Counted from the stretch's first letter, positions 48,004-57,490 are shown. The stretch is 64,000 nt of DNA from an uncultured Candidatus Saccharibacteria bacterium (GCA_964386665.1 CAYLQP010000005.1:177-64176), one strand, 5' to 3'. Translations and numbers: made by a program. Notes: generated by a model from the sequence alone, not told the origin.

Positions 48004-50766
48004 TTAACTTCTGCTGCTCAATGTAGGACCTCTATCAATCTTAGTTTTGTATTCCTCAAAAAGTTTTTTAGGCACTTTTTCTATAACAATAATTGCAAAA
48101 TTCTCTTCTTCGGTCAACTTTCTTTTAAAGAAACGTGTAACAACCCATTTTTCGTCCCCTTCTTCAAGTATTGAAAAATCCGTCTCGGCCACATTTTCCA
48201 AACGAGTCATCATTACCCTACACCTACCGTCTTCAAATTCATTCCACTGGAAAGGTATTACATTATCCATAACCATTTCTTCTGTATATTGTTTTGAAAT
48301 GAAAATACTGTTCATTGATTTATTTGAAACAATGTTCAAAGAAGAATCCTCTTCAAACTGGAACTGTCCTTCAGCTACAAATCCGCGTTCAATATACTTC
48401 GGAGTAACTGGTGCCCCTTTAGAACAGGTGGCAGTTACAATGTGTTTGTTCATTACTTCGTCTAGAGTCTCTTCCATCATCTTTTCACCGATTCTTCCCC
48501 CTTGAAAATCAGGATCGATATTGAATTTACCAAAATATACTTGATCTCCATTATATTCAAATACAACCACTCCAACTAATTCTCCTTTAAAGAAAAGAGT
48601 TTGAAATTCTGCATTTGGTTTTTTTAAACTTTCATCAAAACCTTCAAGTAACTGCGCCAACATTTTTGGTCTATCTTTATAGTTTTTTCTGTAAATTTCT
48701 TTAATAGCTCGTATTTGATCTGGGGTAATTGTATAATTCTCACCTGTAAAAAGATCGGTGTCTGGTAAATCATTAAAATCAATTCTTTCGCGTTCTGTTG
48801 ATTGCACTATCGATTGCATTAAGATAGCCTCAGCTGATACAGCTTCTATTTTTTTACAAATCGTTTCTGGGTTACCACCTTTTATTAAATCAACAACTCT
48901 ATTTAATATTTTAGTTCGGACTCTTTGCGGAATCTTTCCAGATGCAACATTTTTTACCCTTCTTCTTCTTTCAATTTGTGCAAAGGGATCATTTTTAAGG
49001 TCATCACTTAGTTCGTCTTCACCTACCTCCCCGATGACTTCATCAAAGTGATTTAACTCTGCCAAGATTTTAGCAACACTAATGCAAATCTTTTCAGCAT
49101 CCTCATCATTAAAGCGCTCAAATAAATCTAAAACATACCCTTTGAACTCTTCACCCTCTAAGTTTAAGAGGATAAAAAATTTGAGTCCATTCTCACCAAG
49201 ACGTTTAGTCATTTGAACTATTCGATTTTTTTCAACATGATCAGCTTTTTGCCAAACCACAAACAAGGCACCTTGTTCTTTGAATGTAAGATTATTTAAG
49301 TCTGCTTCTGTATTATGAAAAAGCTCCCCATCCGCAAAACCAAAATAGCCTTTTTGAAACTCTGCAACATATTCCTCTCGCTCTTTTTTTTGCTCTTCAG
49401 TTTCATCAGGTTTTGGAATAAAAAGAGTTTCATACACAAATTCCATAACTCGGGCTTTTACAACATCATCTAAAGAATCCACTTCAGCTAATTTAAAATA
49501 TCCAGTCAATTGGTCATTTCCATCAAATACTCCAACCTCGCCATTAGGCGTAAGTCTTCTTACAAAATAGTTTGGATCATTTTGCTCAGCTAGATCATAC
49601 ATTTTCTCTAGATACCTCACTCCACTTTCTGAGACACCGATACGCCCAAACTCAAGTCTATATAACACAGCTGTCAAAGCATTCTTGTTTTTAGCCTCGC
49701 CTTTTATTTTTTCTAATAAACCTTTTGCCGCCCTATGAGGATCTTGTGCAACCAGAGCTTCAGTTGTTGCATTGGCAAAGATAGGGTTACGGTTTTTATC
49801 CCAAAATTCAACAAGTAAATCCGTTGTTTCTCCTGTATCATCCTTTACTTTTTTGATCTCATCTAACACAGCAAGTAGCATTCGGTGGTGTGGGTATTCC
49901 TCTACGGCACCTCCATGAGCAGCGGTATTATCCATTTGATATTGAAACCATTCTTGAGCTTGGTTATAGGCATTGCTTGGCTGAAATGTTCCGTACAACA
50001 TTGAATGTGCAACATTGTGTCGGGAAGTTTGATTAAATCTTTTCACACTAGCAGCTGAGAATACACTATTGTTTGTTTCTTCAAATACAAGTGAGTACTG
50101 AAGAATAGAGAGAGCTGTCTGAAGAAATCTTATTTTATCTGCTGTTGGTAATTTATCATATGCTTCTCCTTGAAACATGTTGCCTGTCTCTAATCTTTCA
50201 TCTAAGCCCAAAGATTGAGAGTTTGCATTATCAAAGGTTTCCAGAAATTCTTTGGAAGCTTCTCCAAAATCACTTATTCTTCTAAAAATATCAAAACTAT
50301 AATTTGATAGTAAGTGCGCCGGCGCGAGTTTACGACGGTCATGTACTGCGGCCCATTTATCTGATTGAACAAATCCCACACCTTCTGAAGAAGGTTCTTT
50401 AATATCTTCACCTAACCCAGCACAGATAGCCCACAAATTATATTCTCGACTACTTCTAGGTAATCTTTGAGATTCAATATATGACTTAAAAGCATCTAAT
50501 TCATTTGGAAAAACTTCAAAATACCTATTTGCAATATCGGGAGTAACCCTGAGATCTACCAAGGACATGGACAACCAAAACATCCGCGTGCCAACATCTA
50601 CTTCTTTGAGTGTGTTTAAATTTGATTCTTCAAAAAAATCAACCGGACTTCTAGAAAATTTTTCGACCCACAACTCAATTTCTTTATCAGAACCAACAGA
50701 AAGCTCGTATGCTTCCAAATACGCATCACTATTTTCTAATCCTTCTGGTGGAAATTCTTTTGGCAT
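48004..50766 (-). CDS. Large (920-aa) protein with an internal GNAT acetyltransferase domain
   Basis: Residues ~690-800 are GNAT-like (LVGVVVFEYNGDQVYFGKFNIDPDFQGGRIGEKMMEETL; the Q/RxxGxG/A acetyl-CoA motif is QGGRIG). The N-terminal ~680 aa are unrecognised. Its start abuts the glyA stop. Confidence 0.6.
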   Translation of the reverse strand: MPKEFPPEGLENSDAYLEAYELSVGSDKEIELWVEKFSRSPVDFFEESNLNTLKEVDVGTRMFWLSMSLVDLRVTPDIANRYFEVFPNELDAFKSYIESQRLPRSSREYNLWAICAGLGEDIKEPSSEGVGFVQSDKWAAVHDRRKLAPAHLLSNYSFDIFRRISDFGEASKEFLETFDNANSQSLGLDERLETGNMFQGEAYDKLPTADKIRFLQTALSILQYSLVFEETNNSVFSAASVKRFNQTSRHNVAHSMLYGTFQPSNAYNQAQEWFQYQMDNTAAHGGAVEEYPHHRMLLAVLDEIKKVKDDTGETTDLLVEFWDKNRNPIFANATTEALVAQDPHRAAKGLLEKIKGEAKNKNALTAVLYRLEFGRIGVSESGVRYLEKMYDLAEQNDPNYFVRRLTPNGEVGVFDGNDQLTGYFKLAEVDSLDDVVKARVMEFVYETLFIPKPDETEEQKKEREEYVAEFQKGYFGFADGELFHNTEADLNNLTFKEQGALFVVWQKADHVEKNRIVQMTKRLGENGLKFFILLNLEGEEFKGYVLDLFERFNDEDAEKICISVAKILAELNHFDEVIGEVGEDELSDDLKNDPFAQIERRRRVKNVASGKIPQRVRTKILNRVVDLIKGGNPETICKKIEAVSAEAILMQSIVQSTERERIDFNDLPDTDLFTGENYTITPDQIRAIKEIYRKNYKDRPKMLAQLLEGFDESLKKPNAEFQTLFFKGELVGVVVFEYNGDQVYFGKFNIDPDFQGGRIGEKMMEETLDEVMNKHIVTATCSKGAPVTPKYIERGFVAEGQFQFEEDSSLNIVSNKSMNSIFISKQYTEEMVMDNVIPFQWNEFEDGRCRVMMTRLENVAETDFSILEEGDEKWVVTRFFKRKLTEEENFAIIVIEKVPKKLFEEYKTKIDRGPTLSSRS

Positions 50767-50768
50767 AT

Positions 50769-51947
50769 TTATTTCTTCCCTCGCAAGACTTTATCGATCT
50801 TTTGGGCGATTTTGACGAAGTCCACCTCCTTCTTTCCTCGTGTGGTTTCTGCTGGACTTCCAAGTCGGATTCCAGATGGGTCAAATGGACTTCGTGTTTC
50901 TCCCGGAATTGTGTTTTTGTTACAAATCATCCCTGCTTTCTCGAGAAGTGCTTCGGCGTCTTTTCCAGGAAGACCCTTCCCACCCATCCATGTATCAACA
51001 AGTACAATGTGTGAATCAGTCCCTTTTGAAACAATTCTCCATCCAAGTCTCGATAGTTCTTTGGCGAGTGCACGAGCATTTTTGATGACTTGTTTTGCAT
51101 ATGTCTTAAATTTTGGATCCATAGCTTCTTTGAGTGCAACCGCAACCGCAGCAATTTGACTCATATGTGGACCTCCTTGAATAGATGGAAACACAGCTTT
51201 GTCTATTTTTTTGTTTAGTTCTCTTTCATCTTTTTTTGCAAAGATAAGCGCTGAACGAGGACCTCGAAGTGTCTTATGAGTGGTGGTTGTAACGATATCA
51301 GCGTAAGGAAAAGGGCTCGGGTAAGCCTTCCCTGCTATAAGTCCTGCGATATGAGACATATCAACCATAAGGAGTGCTCCGCAGGCATCTGCAATTTCTC
51401 TAAATTTTTTCCAATCAACCACTCGTGGATATGCAGTGAATCCTGCTACTATGAGAGCTGGTTTTTCTTCTAGTGCGATTTTTTTTACTGCATCATAATC
51501 AATGAGCTCGGTGTTTGGATCAACAAAAAATGGTACTCGTTGCCACACTTTTCCTGTGATTGATACTTTCTGAGCATGCGAGAGATGTCCTCCAGATGAA
51601 AGCTCCATTCCCATAATTTTTGCACCTAAAGGTACTGCCCCGAGATATGCAGCAAGATTTGCATTTGCACCACTTAACGCCTGAACATTAACATGCCAAT
51701 TATCTTTCTTGAGTCCAAAGAGTTTAAGTGTTCGCTCCTGACAAAGAAGCTCTAATTTATCTGTGTTATCTTGCCCTCCATAATATCTTGCGTGAGGATA
51801 CCCTTCAGCATACTTATTATCAAAGATAGACCCAAGAGCTTCGAGTACATCTTTAGAACAATAATTTTCTGATGGAATAATGTTGAGAACTCTTTTTTGT
51901 CTTTTTGTTTCGTCTTGTATAAGCTTTTTGATTTGTATGTCTTTCAT
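50769..51947 (-). CDS. glyA: Serine hydroxymethyltransferase
   Basis: PLP-lysine region (TTTTHKTLRGPRSALI) and full-length SHMT similarity, 392 aa. Confidence 0.93.
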   Translation of the reverse strand: MKDIQIKKLIQDETKRQKRVLNIIPSENYCSKDVLEALGSIFDNKYAEGYPHARYYGGQDNTDKLELLCQERTLKLFGLKKDNWHVNVQALSGANANLAAYLGAVPLGAKIMGMELSSGGHLSHAQKVSITGKVWQRVPFFVDPNTELIDYDAVKKIALEEKPALIVAGFTAYPRVVDWKKFREIADACGALLMVDMSHIAGLIAGKAYPSPFPYADIVTTTTHKTLRGPRSALIFAKKDERELNKKIDKAVFPSIQGGPHMSQIAAVAVALKEAMDPKFKTYAKQVIKNARALAKELSRLGWRIVSKGTDSHIVLVDTWMGGKGLPGKDAEALLEKAGMICNKNTIPGETRSPFDPSGIRLGSPAETTRGKKEVDFVKIAQKIDKVLRGKK

Positions 51948-52038
51948 ATTATTGAAGTTTAAAAAATAATCTACAAATAAAGAGAGTAAGGTTTATTCAG
52001 TTGTAATAATCTTAAATCATAATTAGTAGTGCTACATT

Positions 52039-52533
52039 TTATTTAAATACCTTTTCGCTTCCTTTCATAAGGTATACATTTATTATACCAGCTGAAATTA
52101 TAGAGTCGAAACAGGGCTTACAACACCACCAATGACCCCATAAGTAAAGGTCTGCCCCTTTTACTTTTTGAGTACCATATTTGTTGGTTGCATCTCGAAC
52201 AGCCGAAGCTTCTGCGTGGTTTTTGTTGGTAACACATCCTGGACAAACCCAGTATTTTGTACCACTTTTAACCTTGAGCCACTTTCGAAGACAAGCGCCC
52301 TTACCATGAAGACGGGTAAACCATTTTTGTTTGAATGTGGCACAATTTGCCCCATATCCAATAATTTCATTACCTTTAACTATTACGGCACCTGTTGGGT
52401 GATGAAGATCTGTGCTGTGCTGAAGAGAAAACCTCTTTGCTTCTTGTAAAAAAGAATTATCCTCGTCCACATAGAGAATAGTCCAGCCTTCTGGCATATA
52501 CGGATAATTTATATGTTTTGATTCATTACTCAT
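52039..52533 (-). CDS. dCMP deaminase-like cytidine/deoxycytidylate deaminase
   Basis: Zinc motifs HAEASA (H-A-E) and PCxxC (CKPCFDSI). 164 aa. Divergent from the thyA-like gene with an 18-bp gap. Confidence 0.75.
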   Translation of the reverse strand: MSNESKHINYPYMPEGWTILYVDEDNSFLQEAKRFSLQHSTDLHHPTGAVIVKGNEIIGYGANCATFKQKWFTRLHGKGACLRKWLKVKSGTKYWVCPGCVTNKNHAEASAVRDATNKYGTQKVKGADLYLWGHWWCCKPCFDSIISAGIINVYLMKGSEKVFK

Positions 52534-52551
52534 TAGGATTATAATACCAGT

Positions 52552-53421
52552 ATGACAAAATTTGACCAGATATATACAAACATATTAAAAAATATTCTAA
52601 AGAACGGGATTGAGGAAACTTCGACTCTTCAGAAGGTCAAGACAAAGGCACTTCCTGGGGTTCATTTTCAGATAGATATTGAAAAGGATGGTTTCCCTCT
52701 TCTGACTCTTCGTAAGATCCCAGTAAAACTTTTTGTAGCTGAACAAATCTGGTTTATTTCAGGAGCCCGAAAACCAGAAGACTTCTTGCGAGATTACACA
52801 AAAATCTGGGACGCATTCACAAATCCAAACGATGTTGTTACTGTTGCGTACGGATACAGATGGCGCAAACATTTTGGGAGAGACCAGATTGGTGCGCTTG
52901 TAAAACTTCTTCAAAAAGAACCCTTAAGTCGCCACGGTGTTGTTATCGCTTGGGACCCAGGAGCTGATGGACTTTCTCTTATCAAAAAAGCAAATGTTCC
53001 CTGTCCCTATTCATTTACAGTAAATATTATTGGTGGCAGACTCCATCTCCACAACATTGTTCGATCAAATGATATGTATCTTGGGTTTCCCGCGGACGTG
53101 GCAGGGTTTGCATTGCTTCAATGCATCCTCGCCCAAAAACTTGGCGTACGACCTGGTATATACAGTCACTCCATTTCAAATTCGCATATTTATGAAAACC
53201 AATTTGATGCAACTAATGAGTTAATAAAAAGAAAAAACAATCACAAAAATATCTCTGTAAAACTCCCACACAACACCTTTGACCGTGCAGAAAAAAAGGA
53301 CAAAAAACTTGCCGAAGAAATTATCCAAATGTTTGAAAAACAATACTCCCCTCTCGAGAATATAAAAGGGGTCAAAATCACTACTTGGAATGACCAAGTA
53401 AAAAAACAAAAAAGGAAGTAG
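52552..53421 (+). CDS. thyA: ThyA-family pyrimidine C5 methyltransferase/hydroxymethylase homologue; Asp at the uracil-selecting Asn position, so substrate specificity is uncertain (dUMP vs dCMP)
   Basis: DGFPLLTLRK, EQIWFISG, YGYRWRKH and the catalytic Cys151 in NVPCPYSF align to E. coli ThyA. RSNDMYLGFPADVAGFALL aligns to RSCDVFLGLPFNIASYALL, so Asn177 corresponds to Asp182 (gac at 53095-53097). Confidence 0.85.
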   Translation: MTKFDQIYTNILKNILKNGIEETSTLQKVKTKALPGVHFQIDIEKDGFPLLTLRKIPVKLFVAEQIWFISGARKPEDFLRDYTKIWDAFTNPNDVVTVAYGYRWRKHFGRDQIGALVKLLQKEPLSRHGVVIAWDPGADGLSLIKKANVPCPYSFTVNIIGGRLHLHNIVRSNDMYLGFPADVAGFALLQCILAQKLGVRPGIYSHSISNSHIYENQFDATNELIKRKNNHKNISVKLPHNTFDRAEKKDKKLAEEIIQMFEKQYSPLENIKGVKITTWNDQVKKQKRK

Positions 53422-53509
53422 GACCTACGCTTTTTTAACCTTAACAACAACATTTAAATAAAAAAATGTAAGGATTGTGCTCTTTTGGCTATTTTGTATA
53501 CTTATCTAT

Positions 53510-54163
53510 ATGGCAATACTTACCCAAAAGCAGATTTTAGAAAGGGTCCAATCAGGCAATATTGGATTTAAACCTGGTCTTGATGAATTTCAAGTTCAAG
53601 CCCATGCAATCGATATGCGACTTGGTTATACGTTTTTACTTCCTAAGAGCTGGCATCTTACAGACAAGGGTCGTGAAGCGCTCTATATAGACCACTATGA
53701 CAAGAACCGGCAAGACTATTTCGATGTGATTGAGCTTGAAAAAGGACAGATATTTGAACTGCTTCCTGGTGAATACGTCCTTGCCTCAACTCTTGAAAGT
53801 GTAAAGATTCCAGACGACCTTATGGCAGTCCTTTATCCTCGAAGTTCAACGAACCGAAAAGGACTTTCAGTTGACCTTACTGGAATCATCGACTCAGGAT
53901 ATGAAGGTCAACTTGTTATCCCTATTCGAAACAACACAGGTTCTCAAGTAGTGAAACTATATCCCGGAGAACGGTTTTGCCAGATTGTCTTTGAACGTCT
54001 TGAAGAGTCAGTCACTGCAGAAAAAAGTCGATATCATATGAAAGATATTGTCGATGGATTTATCCAAACAAAAGATGGTAAGAAAAAAAGAGATCTCGAC
54101 GAACTTCAATATGTATCAAATGGCAAGATTACAGAATTAAAAGCTGAAAGAAAAATACAATGA
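53510..54163 (+). CDS. dcd: dCTP deaminase (dUTPase-fold)
   Basis: Dcd-family similarity throughout (LPGEYVLASTLESVKIPDDLMAVLYPRSSTNRKGLSV...IDSGYEGQLVIP). The start is set at MAILTQKQIL. Confidence 0.8.
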   Translation: MAILTQKQILERVQSGNIGFKPGLDEFQVQAHAIDMRLGYTFLLPKSWHLTDKGREALYIDHYDKNRQDYFDVIELEKGQIFELLPGEYVLASTLESVKIPDDLMAVLYPRSSTNRKGLSVDLTGIIDSGYEGQLVIPIRNNTGSQVVKLYPGERFCQIVFERLEESVTAEKSRYHMKDIVDGFIQTKDGKKKRDLDELQYVSNGKITELKAERKIQ

Positions 54164-54498
54164 CATTTGATGATTATGAAAAAATAGCAAGGACCACAGA
54201 CTCAACTCAAGGACATCCTTTTATTTCTGCCAAGTTTATGTCAATTGTTTTGGGACTCGCTGGAGAAACAGGAGAAATAATGGAAAAATTTAAAAAAATC
54301 TGTTGGCACAAAGAAGGTGTCTGGACCGAAGAAGACAAAAAAGAACTAGCAAAAGAACTTGGTGATGTGCTCTGGTATACATCTTCTCTTGCAGGACACG
54401 TTGGTTTGTCTCTTGAAGAGATTGCAAAACAAAATCTAGAAAAAATAAAAAGCAGAGTTGACCGAGGAGTACACCAGGGATTTGGTGATAACCGGTAG
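54160..54498 (+). CDS. MazG-like nucleoside-triphosphate pyrophosphohydrolase (small all-alpha NTP-PPase)
   Basis: 112 aa. EExxE-type motif region (LAGETGEIMEKFKK...ELGDVLWY). Overlaps the dcd stop (ATGA). Confidence 0.7.
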   Translation: MTFDDYEKIARTTDSTQGHPFISAKFMSIVLGLAGETGEIMEKFKKICWHKEGVWTEEDKKELAKELGDVLWYTSSLAGHVGLSLEEIAKQNLEKIKSRVDRGVHQGFGDNR

Positions 54499-54839
54499 AG
54501 CTGAAATAGAGTGAAGAGCGTAGTATGTGGAACGTAGATAAACAAAAACTACATACCATAAGCGAAGCGGACTACATATAACATACAAATCAACGGATCC
54601 CGTTAGAAAACAAATATAACCATTTACAACCTCAAACTTATGAAAAAACAAAACCCATCCATCAATTACCTTTATAAGCAATTATCTAACGTTTTCTAAA
54701 CGGGATGAATGGGGTAGTAGAAAATGACATTGTATAAATACCTAAAAAAATAAATCAACATATGCAAGTCATACACTTAACAAAATTATTTAAACAAAAT
54801 GAAGTTGCTCAATAGAGCTATGTCATTTTTCACTACCCC

Positions 54840-55550
54840 ATGAAAATATCAGTTATTATCCCAGCTCTCAATGAAGAAACGCGTATTGTATCTACCCTTG
54901 AACAGGTGGGAGGTTTTTTGGAGCAACATGATATTAACGCAGAAATTATCACTGTGGATGATGGGTCCACTGATGCAACAGAATTTGTTAGTCATGAGAC
55001 ACTGCGACGCAGACACACTCCTTATAAAGTTATTCGTCACAAAACCAATGCAGGAAAAGGAGCTGCCATTGCAACAGGTATCAAGCATTCGACCGGAGAT
55101 TATATTCTTTTTCTTGATGCTGACGGATCTACCAACATCAAGGAATTAAAAAGATTTTTTACTTATATTAATCCTGCCACACTTCTTATTGGCTCTCGTC
55201 AAAAAAATAAAAACCTTATTCTTATCGACCAAGGATACGGAAGAAAAATACTTGGTTTTTTTACTCAACTCTTTCATAAAATATTTTTTAGACTTCCTGT
55301 ACTTGATAGTCAGTGTGGCTTCAAATTACTTCCAAAAAGTCTCGCAATCTCCTTTATTCGCAAACCATATCCAAAACGCTTCGGATTTGATATCGCACTC
55401 ATCGACTATGCACTTAAGTGTGGATTTGAAGTTGAAGAGATTGGTGTAGAATGGAAAGATATTTCAGGAAGTAATGTACGACCGTTTGTTGATATATTTA
55501 AAACTGCCTTTGAACTTTTGATTTACAAAATTAATAGCCTAAAACAATAA
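54840..55550 (+). CDS. GT2-family glycosyltransferase (DPM1-like / dolichyl-phosphate sugar transferase-like)
   Basis: VIIPALNEE...ITVDDGSTD...FLDADGS (DxD). 236 aa. Confidence 0.75.
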   Translation: MKISVIIPALNEETRIVSTLEQVGGFLEQHDINAEIITVDDGSTDATEFVSHETLRRRHTPYKVIRHKTNAGKGAAIATGIKHSTGDYILFLDADGSTNIKELKRFFTYINPATLLIGSRQKNKNLILIDQGYGRKILGFFTQLFHKIFFRLPVLDSQCGFKLLPKSLAISFIRKPYPKRFGFDIALIDYALKCGFEVEEIGVEWKDISGSNVRPFVDIFKTAFELLIYKINSLKQ

Positions 55551-55552
55551 CC

Positions 55553-56062
55553 ATGATTCATACATTTATTATTGCAGCGCAAACACTTGATGGATTTATC
55601 GCAAAAGATAGCAATCATCCTGCCTTCTGGACAAGCAAGGAGGACAAAAAACGATTTGTTGAACTCACTCAAAGAGCCGGAGTATGTGTGATGGGTTCTC
55701 AAACATTTAAAACCCTCCCTCGTCCACTCAAAGAACGACATAACGTAGTTTACTCAAGAAAAGAACAGTTCGAAGGTGAAAACGTAGAAACCACTTCTCT
55801 TCCCCCTATTGAACTGATCACTAATCTTGAAGCAAAAGGTTACAAAGAAGTTGCGATCTGTGGTGGCTCAAGTATTTATACAATGTTTCTAAAAGCGGGT
55901 GTTGTAGACACGATTTATCTCACTATTGAACCAAAACTATTTGGAAAAGGTATGACGCTTTTTTCTGATGATATGAATATCGAAGTTGAACTTGTCTCTC
56001 ACGAAAAAACAGAAGGAGGAACTTTACTTCTTGAATACAAAGTAAAAGGAAAGATGATATGA
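55553..56062 (+). CDS. folA: Dihydrofolate reductase
   Basis: FIIAAQTLDGFIAKD...VMGSQTFKTLPRPLKERHNVVYSRK...ICGGSSIYTMFL parallels the E. coli DHFR motifs [24 protein letters not shown] and VIGGGRVYEQFL. Confidence 0.7.
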   Translation: MIHTFIIAAQTLDGFIAKDSNHPAFWTSKEDKKRFVELTQRAGVCVMGSQTFKTLPRPLKERHNVVYSRKEQFEGENVETTSLPPIELITNLEAKGYKEVAICGGSSIYTMFLKAGVVDTIYLTIEPKLFGKGMTLFSDDMNIEVELVSHEKTEGGTLLLEYKVKGKMI

Positions 56063-56175
56063 GAGGGTTAGCTTCTAGACTCTAGACTCTAGGCTTTAGG
56101 GAGAAGCCAAAAAAACTTGAAAGAAAGTTTCCCATTTCACTCTGTATATTAAAAAAAAGCGGACATTTAAGCCGC

Positions 56176-56829
56176 TTATTCAAGAACAAGGAAAGATGGG
56201 ACCCCGGACTCCCCTTGCACAATATCTAACAATGAACGACCTAGTGCTTGGGCTACTCCAAAGACTTTTGCCAGAAGATCAGCAATTTCACCCTCTTGTT
56301 CCTGAGGAGCTGTATGTACTGCTTCTGCCACTTCCCACGCCTCTTCCAAGCAATGGGTACAGATTTCCCAAAGCGGTGTCTCTGGATAAATCGAATCAAT
56401 CATTTGTTGTAGCAGGTCCAAAGTATCATACTGCAAAGGAAGAACAGGTTGGAGATTAGCTTTTTCTTCGCTTGGTCCAGAATGATGTACTCCTCTTTTC
56501 CTTCCTTTTGAACATTGACAGGGGACATTGCCACACCAGGGACAGACACCTGGATATTTTGTGACAAGAACTTCCGTCGCATCAATCGCCAATGAGTTAC
56601 AAAGCGCGAGAGTAGCAAACAAAAGTTTTGTCAAAAACTTTGGGATATCTTCTGGGCAACCCCTTCGGTTACTCTTACTTACTTTCTTGCCCAGTGACCA
56701 ATTACCCAAGTGATGTCCTTGGGTGTTTTGTCTCCAGGAAAAGCCAGATCTTGTAGATCTTTTAGTGAATCGAGAGTTTTCATATTTTCTACCTCTAAAC
56801 TTACTTTCTTTTGAGAAAAAGTCAAACAC
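56176..56829 (-). CDS. Hypothetical protein with a Cys-cluster and a C-terminal MazG/HisE-like NTP-pyrophosphohydrolase-like segment; GC-enriched
   Basis: CPWCGNVPCQC; the C-terminus LWEICTHCLEEAWEVAEAV...EIADLLAKVFGVAQALG resembles MazG-type helices. Start uncertain; possibly two fused reading frames. Confidence 0.3.
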   Translation of the reverse strand: MFDFFSKESKFRGRKYENSRFTKRSTRSGFSWRQNTQGHHLGNWSLGKKVSKSNRRGCPEDIPKFLTKLLFATLALCNSLAIDATEVLVTKYPGVCPWCGNVPCQCSKGRKRGVHHSGPSEEKANLQPVLPLQYDTLDLLQQMIDSIYPETPLWEICTHCLEEAWEVAEAVHTAPQEQEGEIADLLAKVFGVAQALGRSLLDIVQGESGVPSFLVLE

Positions 56830-56830
56830 A

Positions 56831-56860
56831 AAAGCGGCAGCCTTCGGCTGCCGCTTTTTG
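56831..56860. terminator. Hairpin terminator (gcggcagccttcggctgccgc + T-run)
   Basis: Perfect GC stem with TTCG loop. Confidence 0.6.
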
Positions 56861-57067
56861 TGTTTTTTTGTGTTTTAGAGATTATGCTACTACCTCCACC
56901 CACACATATTTTTCTGATGAAAAATTACGCGGGCCCGTCTCGCGCCGTCGCGCTCCGACCGGTTGAAGTGATCTATATCACTTCAAATCCTTACAGGATC
57001 AGTACACCTTTTGGATATATTTCTTCGCAAAGCTTGAAATCTATCTCAAAAGATCCGCGAAGGTTTC

Positions 57068-57490
57068 CTATATCACCTCCACGCCCATACTCCGACAAGT
57101 TCCTTCGATGATTCTCATTGCTCCCTCAATGTCTTTTGCATTTAAGTCTACCATTTTCTTTTCTGCAATTTCTTTGATTTGAGCCTTTGTAATCTTCCCT
57201 GCTTTTTTCTTAAGGTTTGTTCCTGATCCTTTTTCAATTTTCATTGATTTAAGAATAAGTCTACTTGCAGGTGGAGTCTTGAGAACAAAATCATAACTTC
57301 GGTCTTCGTAGACAGAAATGACAACTGGAATAATATCCCCTGCCATTGCTGCTGTCGCCGCGTTAAACTTTGTAACGAAGTCTCCAATTGCGATTCCAGC
57401 TTGTCCAAGAGCAGGTCCTACTGGTGGTGCCGGCGTTGCTTTCCCTGCTGGGATCACAAGCTTTAGTTTTTTTGTTATTTTTTTTGCCAT
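57068..57490 (-). CDS. rplK: 50S ribosomal protein L11
   Basis: [20 protein letters not shown]... L11 signature. 140 aa. Confidence 0.93.
   Translation of the reverse strand: MAKKITKKLKLVIPAGKATPAPPVGPALGQAGIAIGDFVTKFNAATAAMAGDIIPVVISVYEDRSYDFVLKTPPASRLILKSMKIEKGSGTNLKKKAGKITKAQIKEIAEKKMVDLNAKDIEGAMRIIEGTCRSMGVEVI

Noticed and set aside
56072-56090. tctagac-tctagac-tctag 7-mer tandem repeat
   Set aside because: Too short and too isolated to interpret; noted only as a local repeat after the folA stop.
56679-56903. 74-aa minus-strand ORF
   Set aside because: Overlaps the 5' end of 56176..56829 and the terminator hairpin; no support.
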